Below, piece by piece: positions 20,188 through 30,503 of a stretch of DNA of 64,000 nucleotides. The translations under genes were made by a program, and so were the position numbers. The notes beneath the pieces were generated by a model. It was given only the letters and a program-made list of their open reading frames with translations, did no database searches and had not been told where the DNA came from. This DNA comes from Candidatus Limnocylindrales bacterium. GTDB lineage: Bacteria > Moduliflexota > Moduliflexia > Moduliflexales > JAUQPW01. Within the stretch, counting starts at the first letter, position 1, and every line of letters starts with the position of its first letter. The stretch is taken from positions 1 through 64,000 of the forward strand of contig DATMBG010000007.1 in NCBI GenBank assembly GCA_035559535.1. Reading direction: 5' to 3'.

Positions 20188-20400
20188 GTAATTGTAACAA
20201 TTTAGTAGGCATCACTTTTTCTGTCTGAACACCCCCCTGGCCTCCCTCCAGGGGGGTGTTCTTCCCTGCTTAACCTGACGCGTATGCTCCCATCCCCTTC
20301 TCCCGAAGCTTCGGGAGAGGGAGGTATCTGGGAAGTTGATTTGGAGATTTGTCGGCTCCCTTCTCCCACAGCGTGGGAGAGGAGCCGGGGAGGTAAGGGC
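20188..20400. repeat. Compound repeat: partial copy of the 61375 MITE plus CCCTTCTCCC/GGGAGAGGG palindromes
   Basis: 20188-20256 aligns closely with 61369-61437. 20294-20322 (ccccttctcccgaagcttcgggagaggg) resembles 51155-51185. Confidence 0.75.
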
Positions 20401-20538
20401 AGAGAGTTAAGAGAGTTACCTGAAAGGGGTTGGGTAGGGGCTAACATCCTGGTCCCTTTCTGTACACACGTCAGATCAAACACCGAATTGCCGGGATTGA
20501 TGGTCAGAAGGAAGAGGTCTTGCCTCCTTGCCTCTGTT

Positions 20539-21369
20539 CTATTTCCCTCCTTTGCTTGGATTAATCAATCTGGTTTTGGCTGTGGAGGAGGCCTGTTCTT
20601 CGGAAGATACCTCCCATAAGCGCCATTTGAAAATCAAATAACCAAACACGAGAATGGTTATAACACTGACTACGTGTGGCATTTTTAAGGGACCCAGGTA
20701 GAGGTCATCGGCACGAAAGAAGCTGACAATAAAGCGACCGATGGAATAGCCGATCAGGTAAAGGCAAAAAATAAAGCCATCTTTGTGAGGACGGGTGCGG
20801 AGTTTCCAGAGTAAGAGGAAGATCCCAAAATTGATAACCATTTCATAAAGCATGGTGGGATGGAGGGGTTGACCAGGGAATTCTCTACCGGCTATACTTG
20901 TGGGCGGAAATACGATGCCCCAGGGCATTGTTGTGGGAATTCCATGGGCATCTCCATTCATAAAGTTCCCAAATCGCCCTAAGGCCTGTCCCAGGATGAT
21001 GCTCGGAGCTACAGCATCGGCCATGCGCCAGAAGGAAATATGATATCGCCGGGTAAACCAGTATCCGACCAGGACACCTCCGATAATACCTCCATGGATA
21101 GCCAGACCGCCATGCCAGATAGCCGGAATTTCCAAAGGATTTTGGGAATAGTAATCCCAACTAAAAATAACATAGTAAATTCTTGCACCGATAATGCCAC
21201 CTAATACCGTTAGCAGAACAAAATTGGTAATCTGATCTTCATTGAGTGGGATATTTTTACGAAGAACCTCGCGTTTGATTAAATACAACCCGATAAGTAT
21301 GGCAATGGCATACATGAGGCCATAATATCGGATTTCCAGCGGACCGAATTTGAAGAGTATTGGATGCAC
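20539..21369 (-). CDS. lgt: Prolipoprotein diacylglyceryl transferase
   Basis: IRYYGLMY, IIGARIYYV, GGLAIHGG, LGRFGNFMNG, HPTMLYE. GTG start. Confidence 0.96.
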   Translation of the reverse strand: MHPILFKFGPLEIRYYGLMYAIAILIGLYLIKREVLRKNIPLNEDQITNFVLLTVLGGIIGARIYYVIFSWDYYSQNPLEIPAIWHGGLAIHGGIIGGVLVGYWFTRRYHISFWRMADAVAPSIILGQALGRFGNFMNGDAHGIPTTMPWGIVFPPTSIAGREFPGQPLHPTMLYEMVINFGIFLLLWKLRTRPHKDGFIFCLYLIGYSIGRFIVSFFRADDLYLGPLKMPHVVSVITILVFGYLIFKWRLWEVSSEEQASSTAKTRLINPSKGGK

Positions 21370-21374
21370 TTAGA

Positions 21375-21463
21375 AAGAAGTATGGAAGTATGGGGGTATG
21401 GGGGTATGGGGGTATGGGGGTATGGGAGGTTCTTCATATCCTTGTACCCCCATACTTCCCTAC
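21375..21463. repeat. GGRGTATG tandem-repeat inverted element
   Basis: (gaagtatg/ggggtatg)n followed by the complementary ccccatacttccctactc arm. Fills the htrA-lgt spacer. Confidence 0.8.
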
Positions 21464-21471
21464 TCTTTATC

Positions 21472-22977
21472 TTATGATTTGGTATTTAGCACAACGTACA
21501 AAGTACGTTTCCCTCTTGCGATGAGGAGCAAAACATCCTCACCTTTTTTGATTTTGTCCATGGATTTTTCAAAATCTCGAACGGTTTTGATCTTCTTTTT
21601 ATTAATTTCCAGGATGACATCTCCCCGTCGGATATTTGTATCATTGGCGGGACTATTGGAATCTACATCGGTTACTAAAACACCTTCTGTTTCTTCCAGA
21701 CCAAACTTCTCGGCGAGTTCCGGGGTTAAATCTTGAACACTGATTCCGTAACGTTGAAATTCAGGGTTTTCCTTGGTGGAAGCCATGATCTTTTCCTCGG
21801 GTAATTCGGCTACCTCGATCTTCAGAACCTCTTCCTTATCATCACGGAGAATCTTAACATCTACCTTTTCTCCTGGAGTGGTTTCAGCAGTAACCCGTTG
21901 AAGTTCTTTAACGTCTTTGACTTTGCTTCCTTTAAATTCAAGGATAATATCACCGGTCTTGAGACCGCCTTTTTCGGCCGGGCTATTTTCGACAACTTTA
22001 CTGACCAGGACTCCTTCTTCGGTTTTCAGCTTGTGTTTTTCTACGATTTCCGAGGTAATCGGCTCTATCATGATACCCAGGTAACCTCGAACGACTTTAC
22101 CCTGGCTGATGAGCTGAGTCATGACTTTCTTGGCCATATTAATGGGAACGGCAAAACCAATCCCGCGTCCCTGTCCAATAATAGCCGTATTAATTCCCAC
22201 CACCTCTCCCTTCAGGTTTAGAAGAGGACCCCCACTGTTCCCAGGATTGATAGAGGCATCGGTTTGAATAAAGTCCTCATAATCTGCAATTCCTATATTC
22301 GAGCGACCTAAACCACTGATTACCCCTACGGTAACGGTTTTATCTAAAGAGAAGGGATTACCGATGGCGATAGCCCACTCCCCAATTCGAACTTTACTGG
22401 AATCCCCCAGGACTGCCGTTGGTAAGGGGGTATTGGCATCTATTTTAATAACTGCTAAATCGGTTTTAGTATCCTGTCCGATCAACCTGGCCGTAAACTT
22501 GCGCCCATCAGAAAGCGTAACTACAATATCTCCACCATTTTCAATAACATGGTTATTGGTTAAAATGTAACCCCTCTCATCTACCAAAATTCCTGAACCG
22601 GAGCTGCGCATGGGAAAGTCTTCAAAGGGGAAGCCCTTACTCCGAATGGAAGGATGTTTAAAACTTCCCTTTAATTGAATGCTGACTACAACAGGTTTGA
22701 CCTTCTCGGCTACACTGACAAAGGCATTTTGAAAGGCCTCTAGTTGAGAAACCTGAGCGTCCGAAGCAGGGGGCGGATTAGAGGCCATTGGGGCATCTGC
22801 CGCAAGGGATATCCTGGTAACAGGATAAGACCCCTTTACTGCTTGATTTTCTTCTCCTACAAGGGGAAGATAAAAGGTAGAAAGCATAAAAATAATTAGA
22901 ATAGTAACCATTCTTGATGCTCTCCATTTTTTTAAGGTAAACGGTGGGTCTCTGAATAAATTTCCCGGATAAAGCAT
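21472..22977 (-). CDS. HtrA/DegP family serine protease with two PDZ domains
   Basis: GSGILVD..GYILTNNHV, DLAVIKI, IQTDASINPGNSGGPL and two PDZ domains. Start uncertain (ATG 22977 or 22911). Confidence 0.95.
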   Translation of the reverse strand: MLYPGNLFRDPPFTLKKWRASRMVTILIIFMLSTFYLPLVGEENQAVKGSYPVTRISLAADAPMASNPPPASDAQVSQLEAFQNAFVSVAEKVKPVVVSIQLKGSFKHPSIRSKGFPFEDFPMRSSGSGILVDERGYILTNNHVIENGGDIVVTLSDGRKFTARLIGQDTKTDLAVIKIDANTPLPTAVLGDSSKVRIGEWAIAIGNPFSLDKTVTVGVISGLGRSNIGIADYEDFIQTDASINPGNSGGPLLNLKGEVVGINTAIIGQGRGIGFAVPINMAKKVMTQLISQGKVVRGYLGIMIEPITSEIVEKHKLKTEEGVLVSKVVENSPAEKGGLKTGDIILEFKGSKVKDVKELQRVTAETTPGEKVDVKILRDDKEEVLKIEVAELPEEKIMASTKENPEFQRYGISVQDLTPELAEKFGLEETEGVLVTDVDSNSPANDTNIRRGDVILEINKKKIKTVRDFEKSMDKIKKGEDVLLLIARGKRTLYVVLNTKS

Positions 22978-23022
22978 AAAACCCTTACTCACCTTGTGTT
23001 CATCTAGCTTTAACAAAAAAGC

Positions 23023-23051
23023 TTGACTTATAACTCACAACTTCTTATGAT
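23023..23051 (+). promoter_or_regulatory. sigma70-type promoter for the chemosensory cluster
   Basis: TTGACT-N17-TATGAT. Confidence 0.55.
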
Positions 23052-23204
23052 ATGCCTACTGGTTTGCCGTCAATAGAATCCAGAATCTATCAGGCCATAT
23101 AGGCTTAGACGATAAACTCTCCGTTGAGAGATATCTATTGATATTTTTATGGAGTAGCACGTTAGTTTCGTATTGTCAAACGAAAAATAAAAGAGGAAAG
23201 GGCC

Positions 23205-23588
23205 ATGCCAAAAAAGATTTTAATTGTTGAAGATAGTCGCTATGTAAGGGCGGTTCTGACCAATGCCTTAAAAAAGAGTGGATTTGATGTGGTTTGTGTC
23301 GAAGATGCAGAATCTGGTCATTTAGAAATCCTCCAGATGAATGAAAAACCGGACTTGATCATTTTAGATTTAAACTTACCGGCCTTAGAGGGAGAAGATC
23401 TGGGAGTCATGTTAAAGGGAATGGATGAAACCGCTAAAATCCCCATCGTTATTTTTTCTGCCAGACCAGAGGAAGAAATCAAAAAGGCTGCAGAGTTGGC
23501 TGGAGCCCGGGGCTATGTAAAAAAAGACCAGGATCTTAAACTCTGTACCACCCAGTTGATTAATAAAATTAAATCCATTCTCTCTTAG
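23205..23588 (+). CDS. Single-domain response regulator
   Basis: ILIVEDS, PDLIILDLNLP, PIVIFSA, GYVKK. Confidence 0.92.
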   Translation: MPKKILIVEDSRYVRAVLTNALKKSGFDVVCVEDAESGHLEILQMNEKPDLIILDLNLPALEGEDLGVMLKGMDETAKIPIVIFSARPEEEIKKAAELAGARGYVKKDQDLKLCTTQLINKIKSILS

Positions 23589-23601
23589 GAGGGGTTCCGA
23601 A

Positions 23602-24837
23602 ATGGCCAGAGTCATGATTGTCGATGATAGTAAAACCGTACGGCATTATCTGTCTCAGATGATCGAGCTGGCAGATCATACAGCGATTCCGGTAGAATCT
23701 GCAGAGAAAGCTATCGAACTCCTGGAAATGCGTGCAAAGGAAGAACCTGTTCTCCTTCCCGATCTCATTTTTATGGATGTGATCATGACACCTGGCATGA
23801 GCGGTATTGAAGCAACCAATAAAATAAAGTCGCATTCCAACCCGGCCATTGCCGATATTCCCATTGTTTTCCTGACCGGGATTGGAGAACAGGACATCGC
23901 CAGCGAAGCTTTAGACGCCGGAGCTCTGGATTATATTGTAAAACCCTCCAGTGCAGAGTCCCTCCCTATCTTTTTAGATAACCTGCGTAAAAAGCTGGAT
24001 AGACTCCTTAATATCAGCACCCGTAGTTTAAAGAAGGGAACTGGTCTTATTGCAGATTTATCCAATGAGTACTTACCCTCTCTCTTACAGATGCTCCATC
24101 TGGAAGATGCTTCTGGTTACATTACCCTGACCAATCCTAAACGCAGACAGAGTGCCTCCATGCATATGCGTTATGGAAACATCGAGTATATTGCCCTGGT
24201 CGATACGTCTAAAGGGGTTAAGGTAAGGCTGGAAGGTGAGGAGGCTTTCCATATGCTGGTAAACTGGACAGAGGGGATTTTTTCCTTTGGGAGGGCCGAT
24301 CCCGAAAGAATGCCAAAAGGAAAACCTATGAACCTGGTTGTTCTGTTATGCGCCATAGATACCCGCGAAATCCAGGGTGCCACAAAATCTCTCGGCTCGT
24401 CTTCAACTCCCGTTATAGAACCCTACCCGAAATTTAAAGCCAGACTGGAAGAAGAACTCAGCCAGTTGTTGGAAAATTCCACGGCCTTCCAAATTTTCTA
24501 TATTCGGATCAAAGATAAGGCTTCTATACTCCTGCGGGGTCAGAAAAAAAACAAATCTCCCAAAACTCAGCCATTCAATCCCTTTAAAAGCGAAAAAGAG
24601 CTCCTCACCTTTGTAGAATCCAAAGCCCAAAATTTTGTCAGTAAGCTTAAAGATGTTTTCTTCTTCCTCCAGGAAGGCTATCTTCTGTTGCGTAAATGGG
24701 GTAAATCGGATTATATCGTAATTCTGGATCCCGATTCGGATCAATCTCATCAGGGTCGTCTCCTGGCAGCTCAAGCAGCAACCATTATACGAAAAGCCGC
24801 GGTGGAGCGACGAAATCAACGATTGGCAACTACATAG
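23602..24837 (+). CDS. Response regulator with DUF4388 (PATAN-like) domain and an extra C-terminal domain
   Basis: N-terminal REC (VMIVDDS, FMDVIM, IVFLTG, YIVKP). Middle region DLS..YLPSLLQMLHLE..SG.I.L...GEEAF..LV.W.EG.FSF. Confidence 0.8.
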   Translation: MARVMIVDDSKTVRHYLSQMIELADHTAIPVESAEKAIELLEMRAKEEPVLLPDLIFMDVIMTPGMSGIEATNKIKSHSNPAIADIPIVFLTGIGEQDIASEALDAGALDYIVKPSSAESLPIFLDNLRKKLDRLLNISTRSLKKGTGLIADLSNEYLPSLLQMLHLEDASGYITLTNPKRRQSASMHMRYGNIEYIALVDTSKGVKVRLEGEEAFHMLVNWTEGIFSFGRADPERMPKGKPMNLVVLLCAIDTREIQGATKSLGSSSTPVIEPYPKFKARLEEELSQLLENSTAFQIFYIRIKDKASILLRGQKKNKSPKTQPFNPFKSEKELLTFVESKAQNFVSKLKDVFFFLQEGYLLLRKWGKSDYIVILDPDSDQSHQGRLLAAQAATIIRKAAVERRNQRLATT

Positions 24838-24895
24838 AATCGTTCTTAAACCAAGGTCTGATAAACCGGGTCAAAGAAGTTAGGGATGAATTTCC

Positions 24896-25306
24896 ATGCA
24901 AAAGAATGTTCTTATTATAGATGATTCCTTTACAACCCGTCGTATCCTCTCAACTGCAATTAAAAGCCTTAACCTACACTCTGAGGAAGCCAAAGATGGT
25001 TTTGAAGCGCTACAAAAACTTCCCACGAAACATTTTGATCTGATCCTTTTAGATATCAATATGCCCCATATCAACGGCCTGGAATTTATTCAATATTGTA
25101 GGAATAGCCAGCTATACAAAAATATCCCCATTATTATTATTTCAACGGAGGATAGTGAAGAAGATAAAAAGAAAGGGCTTAGCCTGGGGGCCCAGGCTTA
25201 CCTCATGAAACCGGTTCAACCCGATCAGATTGTAGAAACGGTCAAAAGGGTCCTCGCCCACCCTATCCCCCACCCCCCCAACTTGGGAGAGGGGGATCGA
25301 AGGTGA
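24896..25306 (+). CDS. CheY-like response regulator
   Basis: VLIIDDS, LLDINMP.INGLE, IIISTE, YLMKP. The C-terminal tail is read into a palindromic element. Confidence 0.9.
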   Translation: MQKNVLIIDDSFTTRRILSTAIKSLNLHSEEAKDGFEALQKLPTKHFDLILLDINMPHINGLEFIQYCRNSQLYKNIPIIIISTEDSEEDKKKGLSLGAQAYLMKPVQPDQIVETVKRVLAHPIPHPPNLGEGDRR

Positions 25307-25368
25307 AGGAGAAGAAGAAAAAAAGTAAAAGAATCAGCTAACCGTATCCGGTTGTTAACCCTCAGTAT

Positions 25369-27537
25369 ATGGACGAGCTTATAGAAGTTTTTATAGAAGA
25401 ATCTACAGAGATTTTAGAATCCCTGGATCAAAATCTGTTGAAACTGGAACAACAGATTAACCGGGAAAATCCTGACCCGGAGCTGGTCAATCAAATTTTT
25501 CGTTCCCTCCATACCCTTAAGGGAAACTCCGGTCTCGCCAGTGCCGATAAAATTAAGGAACTGACCCACAAAATGGAGTTCCTTTTAGACCTCCTAAGGA
25601 AGAATAAAATTCGACTAACCGATACCTTCGTAGACTTGTTGTTTAAAGGGGTGGATATGGTAAAAATCCTGTTGAAAGAGGTTTCGACAGGAGTTGATCA
25701 GAAGGTAAATCTGTCTGATCTTCTGACCCAAATAGACCGTCTGATGGAAGGGGAGGTAACTCCAACAGAGAAGAAATCTCCCCTCGATCTTTATCATATT
25801 CCCAAAGAAATAAGCCGGGTCTTAACGGAATACGAAGAAGCGCGTCTCTTAGAGAACATCCAGAAGGGTATACCTATTTATGAACTACTGTTAAATCTTA
25901 AAATAACAGATCTGGAACGGACCATGAGCCAAATCCTTGAAAAGATAAATGGATGGGGAGAGGTCATTGCCAAACTTCCTATTTCAAAATCTTCGAGTAC
26001 CTTTGATCTTCAGCTTAAAGTAATATTCGCCTGTAAATGGAACCTTTCAGAGGTTATGGAGAATTTAAGGAATGTTACAGAACTTCAGTCTACCGATTAC
26101 ATCGTTCAATCGCTTTTACCCGAAGATAAAACTGGAGCGATAAGCCAATCCCCCGTCTCGGCACCCTCTATACCCGTCCAGGAACCCAGATCGATACCTC
26201 TGGAAACTTCTGTATCTATCGAGACTGCCCATGCTAAAGCTGTTGAGGAGCAGAGGAAGCCATTACCTGAAAAGGTGGAAAAACAAATTCCCCTTCAGGA
26301 GCAACCCAAGTCAGTAGTGGGAGGAGGAGAAAAAGAGTCTTTAGAGGCATTGGGAAATACGGTACGGGTCGACATTAAAAAGCTGGATAATCTTATGAAT
26401 ATCGTGGGAGAGTTGGTTTTAGCTAAAGCGCGCTATCAGCAAATAGAAGCACAAATTGAACCCGATCCTAAATTACGTGCATTATGGGATGAATTCAAAA
26501 AGAATAACAAATTTACTTCTAAAAAATTGGAAGATTTGCGGGAGGGGATCTTGCAGGTTCGTATGGTTCCTATTGGTCAGTTGTTTAGTCGATTTCCTCG
26601 AATTGTACGGGACTTAACCCGAACAGGGGATAAAAAAGTCAGACTCATTCTCAAAGGAGAAGATACAGAACTGGATAAGGCTGTTATCGATGAAATGGGA
26701 GAAGTTCTGGTTCATATGATCCGAAATGCTGTGGATCACGGGATTGAACCTATTCCCCTCCGCCTGGAACGGAATAAACCCATCGAAGGAACCCTTATTC
26801 TCAACGCTTATCAAGAAGGAAATCATATCGTTATCGAGGTCGAAGATGATGGGGGCGGTATCGATGTAGATAAACTGACCCAAAGGGCTATAGAACGAGG
26901 GCTTATCGAAAAAGGAGCCCATCTCAGTAAAAGTGAAATTCTAAGTGTTATGATGAGTACAGGGATCTCTACGGCTCAAACCATTACAGATATATCGGGG
27001 CGAGGTGTTGGAATGGATGCGGTTAAAAGTACCCTTTCTAAACTCAAGGGAACCATTGATTTTGAAACCACGCCGGGTCTCGGAACCAAGTTTATCATCA
27101 AACTTCCCCTGACCCTGGCCATCATCCAGGTACTGTTGGTGAAGGTGGCTGATCAGACTTATGCCATCCCCTTAACTTCCGTACTCGAAAGCTTTAAGAT
27201 GACCCGCGATAAAATAGAGTTGATCGATAAACAGGAAGTTACCCAACTTCGGGATATGATCCTCCCCCTCATGCGTCTGACCGACGCCTTTAACCTGCCT
27301 AATTCCCAGAGGAATAAAAACAGTTTTTATGTGGTCGTTGTGGGCCTGGCAGAAAGAAAAATCGGGGTCATTGTAGATGAACTCTTAGATCAACAAGAAA
27401 TTGTCATTAAACCCCTGGGACGGTACCTGGCAGATACCCCGGGGTTTGCAGGTGCTACAACACTAGGAGATGGTCGGGTCGTTCTCATTTTGGATGTTGC
27501 CGGATTGATCGAATCTTTAAATGCAAGATTTCGATAG
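25369..27537 (+). CDS. cheA: Chemotaxis histidine kinase CheA
   Basis: HPt IFRSLHTLKGNSG, VRVDIKKLDNLMNIVGELV, HMIRNAVDHGIE, DDGGGID, ISGRGVGMD and a C-terminal CheW-like P5 domain. Confidence 0.97.
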   Translation: MDELIEVFIEESTEILESLDQNLLKLEQQINRENPDPELVNQIFRSLHTLKGNSGLASADKIKELTHKMEFLLDLLRKNKIRLTDTFVDLLFKGVDMVKILLKEVSTGVDQKVNLSDLLTQIDRLMEGEVTPTEKKSPLDLYHIPKEISRVLTEYEEARLLENIQKGIPIYELLLNLKITDLERTMSQILEKINGWGEVIAKLPISKSSSTFDLQLKVIFACKWNLSEVMENLRNVTELQSTDYIVQSLLPEDKTGAISQSPVSAPSIPVQEPRSIPLETSVSIETAHAKAVEEQRKPLPEKVEKQIPLQEQPKSVVGGGEKESLEALGNTVRVDIKKLDNLMNIVGELVLAKARYQQIEAQIEPDPKLRALWDEFKKNNKFTSKKLEDLREGILQVRMVPIGQLFSRFPRIVRDLTRTGDKKVRLILKGEDTELDKAVIDEMGEVLVHMIRNAVDHGIEPIPLRLERNKPIEGTLILNAYQEGNHIVIEVEDDGGGIDVDKLTQRAIERGLIEKGAHLSKSEILSVMMSTGISTAQTITDISGRGVGMDAVKSTLSKLKGTIDFETTPGLGTKFIIKLPLTLAIIQVLLVKVADQTYAIPLTSVLESFKMTRDKIELIDKQEVTQLRDMILPLMRLTDAFNLPNSQRNKNSFYVVVVGLAERKIGVIVDELLDQQEIVIKPLGRYLADTPGFAGATTLGDGRVVLILDVAGLIESLNARFR

Positions 27538-27563
27538 AAACTTAAGCTAAAAATTTAAATACC

Positions 27564-28070
27564 ATGGATAACCTTACTGTTCCCGCATTAAATACAAAAG
27601 AATTACCCTCAGGTGAGGATGAACAGTTACAGCAAGTTTGTTTTAAGCTGGCCGATAGCGAATACGGGATCGATATTTTCCATGTCCGCGAGATTATTAA
27701 ACCTGTGGAAAATATGACGCCGGTCCCCCAGGCTCCCTTTTTTGTAGAGGGAGTCATCGATCTGAGGGGAGACATTATCCCTATTTTAGATCTCAAAAAA
27801 CGGTTTGATCTTGGCAAGACCGAGATGGGAAAATCTACCCGAATTATTGTGGTGAAGCTGGCCGGAACATCAGGTGCAAACACTCTTATCGTAGGCTTTT
27901 TAGTCGATCAGGTAACCGAAGTCCTACGGGTTAAAAAAAGTGAAATCCAGCCGGCTCCCGGTAAGGTGATGGGAATCGACTCCGAGTATATCTGGGGCGT
28001 GGGAAAACGGGCCGGTCGCCTGATCATGCTCCTGGACGTAGAGCGGATGCTTCTGGCCGATACGAAGTAA
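27564..28070 (+). CDS. cheW: Chemotaxis coupling protein CheW
   Basis: F.L...EYGIDI..VREII, VPQAPFFVEGVIDLRGDIIPILDL, GFLVDQV.EV. Confidence 0.95.
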   Translation: MDNLTVPALNTKELPSGEDEQLQQVCFKLADSEYGIDIFHVREIIKPVENMTPVPQAPFFVEGVIDLRGDIIPILDLKKRFDLGKTEMGKSTRIIVVKLAGTSGANTLIVGFLVDQVTEVLRVKKSEIQPAPGKVMGIDSEYIWGVGKRAGRLIMLLDVERMLLADTK

Positions 28071-28073
28071 AAT

Positions 28074-28230
28074 CGTGGGAGTATGGGAGGTATGGGGGTA
28101 TGGAAGTATGGAAGTGTGGGAGGGTGGAAGTATAAAGGAATATACTTCCCTACCCTTATACCCTCTACTCCTCCATACTCCCATACTCCCATACCTCCCA
28201 TACTCCCATACCCCCATACTTCCCACACGC
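28074..28230. repeat. GGRGTATG tandem-repeat inverted element
   Basis: gtgggagtatgggaggtatgggggtatggaagtatggaagtgtggg...ctccatactcccatactcccatacctcccatactcccatacccccatac. Confidence 0.85.
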
Positions 28231-28236
28231 CCAAAC

Positions 28237-29385
28237 TTGAATTACAAAATTGCCCATATCATTACTAAACTGGAGCTGGGGGGGGCTCAACAAAATACCC
28301 TCTATACCCTTGCCCACCTGAACCGTGCTCGGTTTCAACCCATCCTTATAACCGGCCGGGAAGGGGTCTTAATAGAAGATGCCAATCGGCTCCAGGGGGT
28401 TACCCGCTATTATCTTCCCTCGCTGATCCGGGAAGTAAATCCGGTACAGGATTTTAAAGCTTTATTAGAGATCCGGCGGATCCTGATCAAAGAAAAACCG
28501 GTTATTGTTCATACCCATAGTTCCAAAGCCGGAATTGTAGGAAGATGGGCTGCAAAGCTGGCCGGAGTTCCCTTTATTATTCACTCCATCCATGGCTTCG
28601 GGTTCCATGATCATCAAAATTTCCTTCAACAAAAATTTTTTATCTTCCTGGAACGGATCACTTCTCCGATTACAACCCGGTTTATCGCGGTTTCCCGGGC
28701 CAATATAGAAAAGGGAATCGGGTTAAATTTATTTCATTCCTCTCAAGTCTCCTTAATCCGAAGTGGGATCGAAATCGCTTCCTTTCGAGATGTTGTGTTA
28801 GACCGCCCGGTCAAATTAAAAGAACTCGGTCTTCCTCCCGATGTTCCTCTGGTGGGAATGATCGCCTGCTTTAAACCCCAAAAAGCTCCTTTAGATTTCA
28901 TCGAGATGGCTTATTTGGTTCATCAACAAATACCTGAAGCTCACTTTCTGATGGTTGGTGATGGTGAACTTCGCCCTCAGATTGAGGCCCGCATTCAGGC
29001 TCTTCATTTGGCTCAAGTTGTTCACCTGGTTGGCTGGCGGAGAGATGTCCCGGAAATTTTACACCTGCTGAATATCCTGGTTCTAACCTCTTTATGGGAA
29101 GGACTCCCCCGGGTATTTCCTCAAGCCATGGCCGCCGGTGTTCCCATTGTGGCAACTTGTGTAGACGGAGCTCCGGAGGCCGTTAGAGAGGGTCTGAACG
29201 GTTATCTCCTTCCACCAAGGGATATCAAAGGATTGGCCGAAAAAGTTATTTATCTCCTCCGACATCCTGACCTTGCCAGAAAGATGGGCCAGGAAGGAAC
29301 CCGCCTGGTAGATGAATTTGATATCGATGATATGGTTCGACAGCAAGAAGAACTTTATCTGACACTTCTAAATTCTTTTCGTTGA
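28237..29385 (+). CDS. Glycosyltransferase family 4
   Basis: HIITKLELGGAQ, VHTHSSKAG..GR.AA, SLWEGLP.V..QAMAAG.P. Start is TTG 28237, or GTG 28075 reading through the repeat. Confidence 0.92.
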   Translation: MNYKIAHIITKLELGGAQQNTLYTLAHLNRARFQPILITGREGVLIEDANRLQGVTRYYLPSLIREVNPVQDFKALLEIRRILIKEKPVIVHTHSSKAGIVGRWAAKLAGVPFIIHSIHGFGFHDHQNFLQQKFFIFLERITSPITTRFIAVSRANIEKGIGLNLFHSSQVSLIRSGIEIASFRDVVLDRPVKLKELGLPPDVPLVGMIACFKPQKAPLDFIEMAYLVHQQIPEAHFLMVGDGELRPQIEARIQALHLAQVVHLVGWRRDVPEILHLLNILVLTSLWEGLPRVFPQAMAAGVPIVATCVDGAPEAVREGLNGYLLPPRDIKGLAEKVIYLLRHPDLARKMGQEGTRLVDEFDIDDMVRQQEELYLTLLNSFR

Positions 29386-29560
29386 AATTCACGTAATAAA
29401 AGCTACCTTTATATTTAAGATCTCCAGGATGGATAAAATCTTGTAAAAATCCTGGGAAATTATCTCGAGATGCGAAGCTTGATCGGTTCGAAATCGTTTT
29501 GAACCTTCAGGTTTTGGCACAGAGCAGAGTCTTTTAATAGAGACTCAGGAGGAAAAGACG

Positions 29561-30481
29561 ATGAGCAAAGAATCAGTCTTGAAGGGATCTCTTAGGTTGG
29601 TGATAACCCTCGTCATGGTAGTTTCTCTTAGTCAGGTAGCTCAACCGGCCTTTAAACCTGTCATTCATCGTCATGCATCTGATCCGAAAGCCGCCTGGGT
29701 AAATTCTTATCAGATAGAGACCGGAAATGGAGTTATCGTCATCGATACGTCTTTGACGATTTCAGAAGGTAAAGCCATCCGGGCAGAAATAGAGGCTCTG
29801 AAAAAACCCCTTTTAGCCATCCTTCTGACCCACGGTCATCCCGATCATACCAATGGCTTATCCGAAGTACTGGGATCGGATAACGTACCGGTCATAGCTA
29901 CGGAAGGTGTGGATAAAGTTATGAGAACAACCTACACGCCAGAAAGAGAAGAAAGTGGTCGTAAGAGGTTCGGAGAGGAGTGGCCACAAAAGAGAATCTT
30001 TCCGACAAAAACCCTTCGGGACGGAGAATCTATTACCCTGGATGGAGTTACGTTAACGGTTCACGATCTGGGTCCTGGGGAATCCCATAGCGATTCTTAC
30101 TGGGTCCTGGAAGGAGATGAAAAAGTTGCTTTTATCGGGGACGAGGTCATTAATAGAGCCCATGCCTATATGGCCGACGGGCATAGTAGCCAATGGTTGA
30201 AGAATCTGGATCGGTTAAAAACCGAGCTTAAAGATATGAAGACAATTTACCCGGGTCATGGCGAACCAGGTTCCCTGGAAATGCTGGATTGGGAGAAGAC
30301 CTATATTCAGGCTTATAGAGAAGCCGTTAAATCGTTGGCAAAAGGACAACCCACCCTGACCGAGGAAGCTAAGAAGGAGCTCCAGGCCAGGATGGAAGCC
30401 TTTTTACCCAATGCTCCGCTAACCTACCTCATTGTATGGGGAGCCGACCCCATTGCTGCCGAATTGGCCAATGAAAAATAA
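29561..30481 (+). CDS. Exported MBL-fold metallo-hydrolase
   Basis: Signal peptide, LTHGHPDH, FIGD, YPGHG. Paralog of 58432-59352. Confidence 0.9.
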   Translation: MSKESVLKGSLRLVITLVMVVSLSQVAQPAFKPVIHRHASDPKAAWVNSYQIETGNGVIVIDTSLTISEGKAIRAEIEALKKPLLAILLTHGHPDHTNGLSEVLGSDNVPVIATEGVDKVMRTTYTPEREESGRKRFGEEWPQKRIFPTKTLRDGESITLDGVTLTVHDLGPGESHSDSYWVLEGDEKVAFIGDEVINRAHAYMADGHSSQWLKNLDRLKTELKDMKTIYPGHGEPGSLEMLDWEKTYIQAYREAVKSLAKGQPTLTEEAKKELQARMEAFLPNAPLTYLIVWGADPIAAELANEK

Positions 30482-30503
30482 ACCGAGAGGAGGATTAAAA
30501 TCT

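Noticed and set aside
20202..20619. ORFs at 20202-20483 and 20284-20619, and similar ones at 21398, 27908, 27924, 34876, 51096, 52482 and 61390
   Set aside because: They are translations of palindromic or tandem-repeat elements, or antisense overlaps.
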